A stretch of DNA of 64,000 nt from Macrostomum hystrix (Eukaryota > Animalia > Platyhelminthes), in the NCBI GenBank assembly GCA_950097015.1, contig CATNEN010000001.1:11718001-11782000 (forward strand). Direction: 5' to 3'. The notes beneath the pieces were generated by a model, which saw only the letters and a program-made list of their open reading frames with translations, ran no database searches and had not been told where the DNA came from. Made by a program: the position numbers and the translations under genes. This document shows, piece by piece, positions 1-12,600 of this stretch. Positions within the stretch are counted from its first letter, which is position 1; the number at the start of each line of letters is the position of its first letter.

Positions 1-1178
<1,178 letters not shown>

Positions 1179-1230
1179 TGTGTTGCTGTCTGGTGTTTCC
1201 TAGCCTGTTCGAGTCGGAGCTTTTGTTGCA

Positions 1231-1247
1231 CAATATATATATATAGT
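1231..1247 (-). promoter_or_regulatory. Candidate TATA box of the amylase gene
   Basis: (TA)n run reading TATATATA on the minus strand, ~55 nt upstream of the amylase ATG. Confidence 0.4.
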
Positions 1248-1908
1248 TGCTACGCAAGTCACAATTGATGCCAAAAGTTAGAGTTCTCATAGAACATAGC
1301 ACAACAATAGTCTCTGGTTAGCCTTATCAGCTATAAAACATTAGCGGCAACGTGACAGTTCTGACGAATGCGGTCTAACAGATTCTTTGTTATCAGCTGT
1401 CTTCTTCTTTTGTATTTTAGAGCCAGTGTTATTGCACGATCGCACTAAAGCGAGAAGAGATTCGCGGTCGAAACCAGATGTTCAATTTCTCAGGTGCCAA
1501 CAAAAAGTTCTTTTAGTAGCTGGCCCCGCCCATTGCTAATAAATATGTGTTGGACTTTTTATTTATTATGTAAGATTAAAAATAAGGAACAAAGAGTTTA
1601 TAGAACATCATTTTGATCTGCTTCTAAAAGCCTTGCACGCGTGGTCCAACCCGTCATGTTGCGTTTTAATTTTCTAGTTTTTCAACGGATCGATCGACTT
1701 AACGAGCATATATAAATTGCATAATTCGACAAACAATTTGACCGTCGCCACGCTGACAAAATAAAACTGAACGGTCTATATGCGAATGTGTAGGACTATC
1801 TTCAGAGCCTTTATATATATTATATGGCACCGGACACACATCAGTACGAGTACAAAGTAACTCTATAGAATAAGTTAGTAAACAATTCTTATAGCAGCAC
1901 TTGGATAA

Positions 1909-2400
1909 TGAGAGGGGTGAGAAGAGGGGAGAGGAGAGGGGAGAGAAGAGAAAGAGGAGAGGGGTGAGAAGAGAAAGAGGAGAGGGGAGAGAAGAGAAAG
2001 AGGAGAGGGGAGAGAAGAGAAAGAGGAGAGGGGTGAGAAGAGAAAGAGGAGAGAAAGAGGAGAGGGGTGAGAAGAGAAAGAGAAGAGGGGAGAGGAGAGA
2101 AAGAGGAGAGGGGTGAGAAGAGAAAGAGGAGAGGGGAGAGAAGAGGGGAGAGGAGAGGGGTAAGAAGAGGGGAGAGAAGAGGGGAGAGAAGAGGGGAGAG
2201 GAGAGGGGTAAGAAGAGAAGTGAGGAGAGGGGAGATAAGAGGGGTGAGAAGAGGGGTGAGAAGAGGGATGAGCAGAGAGGTGAGAAGAGGGTTGAGAAGA
2301 GGGAGGGAAGATGGGAGAGGAGAGGGGTGAGATGAGGGGAGAGAAGAGGGGAAAGGAGAGAAGTGAGAAGAGGGAAGAGAATAGGGGGAGAAATTAAAAA
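1909..2400. repeat. Purine-rich (GA) low-complexity repeat
   Basis: GAGAGGGG/GAGAAGA units; the overlapping ORFs are artefacts. Confidence 0.9.
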
Positions 2401-2725
2401 GGAAAGTCCATTAAACAATGAAAACAATAAATGAGATTTTCTTCACCCATAAGCTTGTCAATTAGCTTTACGCACTAAATTTAGATAATAGAAAATATAT
2501 TATTTAGAATAGTGAGCTTACAGTGAAATAGACCTGGTAGACAAGAGAAATAAAACAAACTAAAGGGGCTTGACGGACTATAAATGGAAAAGTAGAGCAA
2601 TACATGTAGGAGCAACGAGTCCATATAAAAATCAGTGCAATTATGAAAGCGTTGCACTGTAAATTAATATGCGGCGAGTCAATTAGACGCACCGGATAAA
2701 AAAATTCACTAGAATTTCCCTTAAT

Positions 2726-4098
2726 TTACCAGCCGAACATGTAACTGATAGCTTTGTTAATAATGCCAGAGTTATTTTGCAGGACTCGGCCATTGGTGCC
2801 AGGAGCTGCAACGGAGCCGAGGTGCGGCGTGCCACCGCCGGCTGCGGAGACAGCAGCGGCGCTCGTCACGGCGGCTGCGGCGGCGGCAGCAGCAGGCGTG
2901 CCCAGCCTACTAACAGCCAATGAGCGCATAGAAGAACAACCGCTCTGATTGGCTGCGGCCGCCATAGTTGAATTCATCAGCTGCTGTTGCTGCTGCTGTT
3001 GCTGAAACTGAGCCTCAGCAGCGGCAGCAGCAGCAGGTGTGGAGCCGGCCATAACGGAGGTCTCGGCAGCACCGGCCGGATCCTGGCAGGGCTGGACGCC
3101 GATCATACAGTTGGCGCTGAGAACTCGACCATTGCGACACAGGGCCCTGCGAGCCTGGACTCGATTCTGGAATTTTACGTGGACCCAGTTGGCGCCGCCG
3201 CCGCCCGGAGCCGTGTGGCGTTCAATGCGACCACACTGGGCCAGCTGCTGCAGCACGAAATTGACGGAGCCAGCTGGGAAGCCGAACACAGTCACCCAGG
3301 TGCCATCGTCCGGGCCGTTGGCCACAGGCGGAGTCGAGATCAACGCGCTCGATGCGTCGGCTGGAGAGAAGAACTGCTGCTGCTGCTGCTGAGCGGTGCG
3401 AAGACCCGGACGCAACGGGGTGCTAGTTAAAGAAGGCGGCGGTGGAGGCGGCGGCGGAGGAGCCAACGGCGACAGCTGCTGCTGCTGCTGCTGCTGAAGA
3501 GTCCACATGCTGGTAGTCGGCGGGGGCTGCTTCTTCTGACTGCCGCCGCAGGCTGACATGGCGGCAACCGCGGATGCCGATGTCAAAGCCTGCCTAGGCG
3601 ACGGCGGAGATGTTCTCATCGCGCCAGTTGGCGAAGCAGACGACGACGAGCCGTATTGTTGTTGCTGCGGTTGGTAGCCATAGGAACCAGCTGACAGCGC
3701 GTGCTGCTGCTGCTGCTGCTGATGCTGGTAGAACATCGGTGACGAGTATCCGGCACCGTAGCCGCCTCCCATTGACTGGTGCATAAATGCGGCGGGATTC
3801 GAACCCGGGACCGTGCCCGGCATTGGATAATAGCCGACTGGCCCGGGCGCATTTAGAGCCTCGTCCAGCAGGAAGCCGGGCATGTAGGCTGCCGCTGCGG
3901 CCGCGTTGCTAGCGGCGGCAGAAGCTGCGGCGGAGGCAGCTGTTGACCCCGAGGTCGGCGACAGGTGATGGCCGTAAGGAAGGCCCCCAGAGGCCGCCGA
4001 AGCGGCCTGGCCGTGCAAAGGGGAAATCAGCATTGGCTCCTGGAGTAAGGATGCGATCCAATGTTCTGCTTCAAGAATTATCTTGAGAATCTCACCAT
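2726..4098 (-). CDS. NUP35: Nucleoporin NUP35/Nup53 (MPPN-type RRM); CDS join(4098-4096, 4039-2726)
   Basis: TWVTVFGFP...NWVHVKFQNRVQARRALCRNGRVLSANCMIGVQPC is the Nup35 RRM. N-terminal EPMLISP and YMPGFLL motifs and the C-terminal amphipathic helix IINKAISYMFGW also fit. ATG is followed directly by a 56-nt GT-AG intron. Confidence 0.92.
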
Positions 4099-4257
4099 GA
4101 GATACTAGAAACACTAAAGAATTTCACTGTCCAGACAGTCTAGATAAACTTGAAAATCTCACCATAAAATAATCTAGATCAAACTTATTAGCTAGCGGGC
4201 CAAAGAGATAACCAAAAGGCGACAGCGGGCAGCATTGACTGTAGAAATATGAGGTAG

Positions 4258-4985
4258 GAGAGAGATGAGACACGGGAGGGATGAGACATGGGAGAGATGA
4301 GACACGGGAGGGATGAGACATGGGAGAGATGAGACAGGGGAGAGATGAGACAGGGGGAGATAAGACACGGGAGAGATGAGACAGGGGAGAGATAAGACAC
4401 GGGAGAGATGAGACAGCGGAGAGATAAGACACAGGAGAGATGAGACGCAGGAGAGATGAGACGCAGGAGAGATGAGACGCAGGAGAGATGAGACACAGGA
4501 GAGATGAGACACAGGAGATATGAGACACGGGAGAGATGAGACGCAGGAGAGATGAGACACAGGAGAGATGAGACACGGGAGAGATGAGACAGGGGGAGAT
4601 AAGACACGGGAGAGATGAGACAGGGGAGAGATAAGACACGGGAGAGATGAGACAGCGGAGAGATAAGACACAGGAGAGATGAGACACGGGAGAGATGAGA
4701 CACGGGAGAGATGAGACACGGGAGAGATGAGACACAGGAGAGATGAGACACGGGAGAGATAAGACACAGGAGAGATGAGACACGGGAGAGATAAGACACG
4801 GGAGAGATGAGACAGGGGAGAGATAAGACACGGGAGAGATGAGACAGCGGAGAGATAAGACACGGGAGAGATAAGACACAGGAGAGATGAGACACGGGAG
4901 AGATGAGACACGGGAGAGATGAGACACGGGAGAGATAAGACACGGGAGAGATAAGACACGGGAGAGATGAGACACGGGAGAGACT
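4258..4985. repeat. 16-nt minisatellite (GGGAGAGATGAGACAC)
   Basis: ~45 tandem copies; same family as 42730-43580; probably within a NUP35 5'UTR intron (donor GTGAGT near 4988, minus strand). Confidence 0.92.
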
Positions 4986-5524
4986 CACTTGGAGACAATC
5001 TAAATGCTATAGATTCACTGTGGCCAAAAATCACACATATTGTCTAGCTAGCTAGCCTAGAAATGATGTCTAGAAATGAAAAGTAAAGAAAACACAGAAG
5101 CAAGAAAATAAAGGCTTAAATTAAAATCTCTTTTTTTAGTCCAGTTTTTTATAATTTGTAAAAAACGCGAATCATAAAACTGTTTAAAATATAAAAAAAC
5201 GTTATAATCCTCTCTATGTATTATTATATACTAGGTGTTATAAAATAGTTAAAATATTATTACAACTGGCTTCTACAAAGAAACGGTCTAGCTAGAGTAA
5301 CAAATGAGATTTCCATTCGTTAGTATGTGATAAGCAAAAATGAAACAACCAATAATCAATAAATGGCGAAAAAATGGTATTGTTGAAAGCAACGACAATG
5401 ATTTAACGTTTAATTAATACCGAACAAGACAGTATGTCATAATCTGTTATATCGATTTGTAGGTATTTTTATAAAAATTAGCAAGCCACGTGCAACGCAA
5501 CGATAATCACTTAAATGTCGACCG

Positions 5525-6720
5525 ACTGACTATCGATTGATTATCGATCAATTATCGGTTGATTATCGATCAACTATCGGTTGATTACCAATCAACTAAC
5601 TATCGATTGATTATTGATCAACTATCGGTTGATTACCGATCAACTATCGGTTGATTACCGATCAACTATCGGTTGATTACCGATCAACTAACTATCGGTT
5701 GATTACCGATCAACTATCGGTTGATTACCGATCAACTAACTATCGGTTGATTACCGATCAACTATCGGTTGATTACCGATCAACTATCGGTTGATTACCG
5801 ATCAACTAACTATCGGTTGATTACCGATCAACTATCGGTTGATTATCGATCTACTATCGGTTGATTATCGATCAACTATCGGTTGATTATCGATCAACTA
5901 TCGGTTGATTATCGATCAACTATCGATTGATTACCGATCAACTATCGGTTGATTACCGATCAACTATCGGTTGATTACCGATCAACTAACTATCGGTTGA
6001 TTACCGATCAACTATCGGTTGATTATCGATCAACTATCGATTGATTACCGATCAACTATCGATTGATTATCGATCAACCATCGATTGATTATCGATCAAC
6101 TATCGGTTGATTACCGATCAACTACCGGTTGATTACCGATCAACTAACTATCGATTGATTATCGATCAACTATCGGTTGATTACCGATCAACTATCGATT
6201 GATTATCGATCAACCATCGATTGATTATCGATCAACTATCGGTTGATTACCGATCAACTATCGGTTGATTATCGATCAACTATCGATTGATTACCGATCA
6301 ACTATCGGTTGATTACCGATCAACTATCGGTTGATTACCGATCAACTAACTATCGGTTGATTACCGATCAACTATCGGTTGATTATCGATCAACTATCGA
6401 TTGATTACCGATCAACTATCGATTGATTATCGATCAACCATCGATTGATTATCGATCAACTATCGGTTGATTACCGATCAACTACCGGTTGATTACCGAT
6501 CAACTAACTATCGATTGATTATCGATCAACTATCGGTTGATTACCGATCAACTATCGATTGATTATCGATCAACCATCGGTTGATTATCGATCAGCTATC
6601 TATTGGTTATCGATCAACTCACTAATGATTGGCTATCGATGAATATCGATCAGCTAACTGATGATTGGTTACCGATTAACTATAGATTATTTACCGATCA
6701 ACTAACTATCGATCAACTTA
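5525..6720. repeat. 22-nt quasi-palindromic minisatellite (TTGATTACCGATCAACTATCGG)
   Basis: Period 22 with occasional 4-nt insertions; intergenic between the PIKfyve 3' end and NUP35. Confidence 0.92.
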
Positions 6721-6919
6721 GATTATCAGAGTATTATTAGATTAGTTAGATTATAGATAATCAGAGCTATGATTGACACCGAATATTGAACTACATATAA
6801 ATTGATTTAGAAAAAAACACGGAAAGACAAAAAAGGCTACAATCAAAAATGGCGATAATTTAAAATGACAGACATGAAATGATTGTACAAAAAAAGTGAA
6901 CAGTTGCAAAGTTCATCGA

Positions 6920-9900
6920 TCAGTCCTCGGTAAAGTTGCATTCGTACAATTCAAAAGAGTCCCAGTGCGATGGAACTGGCAGGAAGTTGACATTCATAGC
7001 TGCTAGGAAGCGTTCCTGATACAGCACAGGATTAATCACGGTCGGCAAACTCTCACTTTGCATTTTCTTCCACAGATATTCGACCATTTTATCGAGAGTG
7101 AAATCGCGAATATAGTCCACAATGCCGCACACCACCTGATCATCGCAAATGCCAACTATCAGCGAATAGTCCATGATATTGTGCTGCCTGAGGAAGTTGG
7201 TGTCATAATGCAGGGCTCTCTGGAGGACTAGCCATTCAGGGCGACGGACAAATAGAGGCTCCTCGACGGAGGCGTCGGCAAAGTTCTGATCTAGCAGCAC
7301 AGTCTGACCGTCGTCTGTCAGGTGTCTGCGAATTGTGCAAGTCAAAATCTCTCATGCATCTAACCAAAATCTGACCGTTAGATAAGAACGACTCATTAAA
7401 ATTTGAGCCTAGGAATTGAAATTTCACGTCTAGCATAGAATCTTTCTATAATCTCACTCACAAAAAATAATTAACCAAAATCTCATTTACAAAACTGATT
7501 TAGTAAAATCTAACCTACAGAAAGAGAATCAATCGAAATCTCACCTTCAGAAAGAGAATCAATCGAAATCTCACCCACAGAAAGAGAATCAATCGAAATC
7601 TCACCCACAGAAAGAGAATCAATCGAAATCTCACCTACAGAAAGATAATCAATCGAAATCTCACCTACAGATAGATAATCAATCAAAATCTCACCTACAG
7701 ATAGATAATAAATCAAAATCTCACCTACAGATAGATAATAAATCAAAATCTCACCTACAGATAGATAATAAATCAAAATCTCACCTACAGATAGATAATC
7801 AATCGAAATCTCACCTACAGATAGATAATCAATCAAAATCTCACCTACAGAAGAGAATCAATCAAAATCTCAGCCTACAGAAAGAGAATCAATCAAAATC
7901 TCACCTACAGATAGATAATAAATCAAAATCTCACCTACAGATAGATAATCAATCGAAATCTCACCTACAGATAGATAATAAATCAAAATCTCACCTACAG
8001 ATAGATAATCAATCAAAATCTCACCTACAGAAGAGAATCAATCAAAATCTCAGCCTACAGAAAGAGAATCAATCAAAATCTCAGCCTACAGAAAGAGAAT
8101 CAATCAAAATCTCAGCCTACACAAGTACACAAAAGCTAGCCTCACCGATTTCGCTCCGAGCCTTTCAAATCAAAGACCCGATCAACTCGACAGTTGAATA
8201 GCAGATTCTCCATGACAACATAAGTGCCTTTCAACTGAGAGCCGGCGCATTTGGGATTGCTGTAGGCCAGAAAGAACATGCCAACAATCTTGGCTAGGCA
8301 GCAGGGCAGTCCAGATCGAAGCCGTTTGCAGACGTACTGACAATAATGCGGAGCCATCAGTTCCAGCGAGTCCGATTCGAAGTCTGACACCTTCTTCAAT
8401 ACGAATCTGTCGTCGGTGGTCTTGTAGAAACTGGCCCTGGACTTGCCGCCGGTGGTAGCCCACACTGACGATCGGCTCAGGGAATGCAGAAACGCCGACT
8501 CGCCCTGCGGTATGATGTCGCGCCTTAGGCCGTGAAACTTACACGCGTGATGCACCCGACAGTAGATCTTGACATCAGGACCGGACACTTCAATCTCTAC
8601 TAGATCCTTCTTGTGACCAGGAGACCGACTCTGTCCGGTTAGCGACTGCTCAATTGAGTTGCCGTCTATAGCTGAGGCGGCGTGATTGCCGAGTTTCACT
8701 ACCCGCTGGGTTGGATTGTACTTTACCTGGTGGGATAAAAAATAGTTCGCGTTTAGCTGTTTTGATGAGGACAACTGCACTCACCCACCTACTGACCGAA
8801 CTAACTAACTGAATTAACCAACTGAATGACTGAATTAACCAACTGAATGACCGAATTACCCAACTGAATGACTGAATTAACCAACTGAATGACTGAATTA
8901 ACCAACTGAATGACTGAATTAACCAACTGAATGACTAAATTAACCAACTGAATGACTAAATTAACCAACTGAATGACTGAATTAACCAACTGAATGACTG
9001 AATTAACCAACTGAATGACTGAATTAACCAACTGAATGACTAAATTAACCAACTGAATGACTGAATTAACCAACTGAATGACTGAATTAACCAACTGAAT
9101 GACTGAATTAACCAACTGAATGACTGAATTAACCAACTGAATGACTGAATTAACCAACTGAATGACTGAATTAACCAACTGAATGACTGAATTACCCAAC
9201 TGAATGACCGAATTAACTAACTAAATGACCGAATTACCCAACTGAATGACCGAATTAACGAACTGAATGACCGAATTACCCAACTGAATGACCGAATTAA
9301 CGAACTGAATGACTGAACTAACTGAATGGCTGAAATAACTGAATGACTGAATTAACTAACTGAATGACTGAACTAACTGAATGACTGAAATAACTGAATG
9401 ACTGAATTAACTAACTGAATGACTGAACTAACTGAATGACTGAAATAACTGAATGACTGAACTGAATTACCCAACTGAATGACTGAATTAACGAACTGAA
9501 TGACTGAAATAACTAACTGAATGACTGAATTAACCAACTCAATGACGGAATTAACAAACTGAATGACTGAATTAACCAACTGAATGACTGAATTAACCAA
9601 CTGAATGACTAAATAAACTAACTGAATGACTGAATTACCCAACTGAATGACCGAATTAACTAACTAAATGACCGAATTACCCAACTGAATGACCGAATTA
9701 ACGAACTGAATGACCGAATTACCCAACTGAATGACCGAATTAACGAACTGAATGACCGAATTACCCAACTGAATGACCGAATTAACGAACTGAATGACTG
9801 AATTAACCAACTGAATGACTGAACTAACTGAATGACTGAATTAACTAACTGAATGACTGAACTAACTGAATGACTGAAATAACTGAATGACTGAATTAAC

Positions 9901-12564
9901 TAACTGAATGACTGAACTAACTGAATGACTGAAATAACTGAATGACCGAATTACCCAACTGAATGACCGAATTAACGAACTGATTGACTGAATTAACTAA
10001 CTGAATGACTGAACTAACTGAATGACTGAATTAACTAACTGAATGACTGAACTAACTGAATGACTGAAATAACTGAATGACTGAATTAACTAACTGAATG
10101 ACTGAACTAACTGAATGACTGAAATAACTGAATGACTGAACTGAATGACTGAACTAAGTGACTGAACTAACTGAATGACTGAATTAACTGAATGACTGAA
10201 TTAACTAACTCAATGACGGAATTAACAAACTGAATGACTGAGTTAACAAACTGAATGACTGAATTAGCCAACTGAATGACTGAATTAACCAACTGAATGA
10301 CCCAAATAACCAACTGAATGACTGAATAAACCAACTGAATGACCGAATTAATCAACTGAATGACCCAATTAACCAACTGAATGACGATATCGTTTTACTT
10401 TGATCTACTCATGAATGACCATATTAGTCTACTCAATGACCATATTAATGTAATCATCGACCATATTGATCTACTAAATGACAGAATTTTATCATTAAAT
10501 AAGCACTTAAGCATAATATACCCACTAAATGACCATTCGTTTAACACACTCTAAGTCCAAAAAACTAAAAAATGCAGCTCTGAACTCACATGATCGCTAG
10601 GCAAGTCAGTAGATGCCGAGGTCTGATCAGATGGCACTCTGGAATGCCCGGTGTTGGCAGCAGCAGCAGCAGCAATATTGGAACCGTTTGAAGCCATGTT
10701 AACAGGCAATTCGCCTGACAAATGAAAGCAAGCGTGCTGAACAAAATCCTGATGCTTGGCCGAGCTGAGAGCGAACGCAATGATTGAACTGGGATCATTA
10801 GCGTAGACACAGACGGGCTGGGTGACCATTGGCGGGACAAAGTAGGTCTCGGTGTTAGGCAGAATGTCCGGCCTCGGAATGGTAACCTGGGCGACAGAGA
10901 ACAGCAAGTTATGTACTTTCAGTACACACAAGTACACAGTGTACTTTCAGTACACACAAGTACACAGTGTACTTTCAGTACACACAAGTACAAAGTGTAC
11001 TTTCAGTGGCACTTTTAGCACTTTTAGATTTTCAGGTCAGACTGCACTATCCATTCCTTAGATTTTTTAGGTCAGAATGCACTAAGCATTAACTTTTTAT
11101 TTATAAAATCTAATATACTAAAAATGAAAATCTTGCTTGCTTGTATGTTTGCAATCGAATAGCTCCCGAACGGCTCAACTGATTTTCACAATTCCTTCAA
11201 CAAAAGATCACAAATGGGCCGGAATTGTGAAAATTATTACTAAAAAACAATTGCTTCAAACTGAACCTGAGCAGTGTTAGATGAGTTCGGTCGCTTAGCT
11301 AGCACACTACGACTAGATTTGCGTTGCATTTGCTGCTGCTGCTGCTGCTGCTGTTCAGCAACAATATCAGCAGTCGGCTGTGCCTGTTGCTGCGGTGGGG
11401 TTACACCGGTCGATTCCGCAGCAACGGAAGCTGACGGCTCGCTAATCATCGCCGAAGTCAAAGCAGTGCCAGCCAGTGCGGCAACATTTGATGACGACGA
11501 TGCCGACGAAGAACTAATAGCCGGTTGAATCGCAGGCATCTGGTCTACATTGAGAGTGTCCTGCAGCAAGGTCTGCCAACGATCAATCAGTGCAGTTAGC
11601 CAGTGCTTGAATAGCACAGCTTTCCTATTCAACGCCACAGCAGCAGCCTCCGGGCCGGCTGTCAGACGGTCGATGTCGAAAAATGCCCGCAGCTCGGCGT
11701 TGCACTCGGAGTGAAGAGCGTTCAGCCGGCTGATGGTCTCCTTCTGAGCGTAGGCGTGAGTCACGTAGATCGACTGAATGTCGGCTAGTAGGCGATAGCC
11801 GCTGGTTGTTAGCCGACTCACCTGGTTGAGTTAGGGAGGTCAATGAGTGGATTCAATGGCTATTATCAGTAATACCGGTCAGTAACAGGTATTAACAATT
11901 TATTATTACCTGAACTAACTGAGTTTAACAGGTATTAGCCTTCTACTACCTGTGCTAACTGTGAGTTTAACAGGTAGTAGCCTTATATTACCTGTGCTAA
12001 CTGTGATTTTAACAGGTATTAGCCTTCTATTAGCTGTGCTAACTGTGATTTTAACAGGTAGTAGCCTTATATTACCTGTGCTAACTGTGATTTTAACAGG
12101 TAGTAGCCTTATATTACCTGTGCTAACTGTGATTTTAACAGGTAGTAGCCTTATATTACCTGTGCTAACTGTGGGTTTAAAAGGTATTAGCCTTCTATTA
12201 CCTGTGCTAACTGTGAGTTTAACAGGTATTAAACTGAATCACATGTGCCACCTCTAAATCTAACAGGTCATAACATGTCACCTGTCAATACTCACATGAG
12301 ACTCGAGCAACTGTCTAGTAATATCCAACGGCACCACAACAGACGTAGTTGGCGTCACAATAGATCTTAAACACACAGGCGTATAATCGAAGCAGGCAAC
12401 AGCTTGGGCCTTATAAAAATATTGCACGTGATCAGCGTGCATCGAGTGCCTGCAGGCCGATGTTGACAGTCGATGCTCGCTAAAGTGTAAACGCAAAAAT
12501 TGCGCAAAACTTAAAGCTTTAGCATCGTCGGATAGTGGAACTAATTGACTGCGGTTACTGGCTG

Positions 12565-12600
<36 letters not shown>

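Noticed and set aside
4124-5034. Long repetitive ORFs (also 1699-2427, 8801-10376, 37936-38504, 42442-43580, 50780-51237, 55801-57362)
   Set aside because: Translations of stop-free tandem repeats, open in several frames and mostly inside introns.
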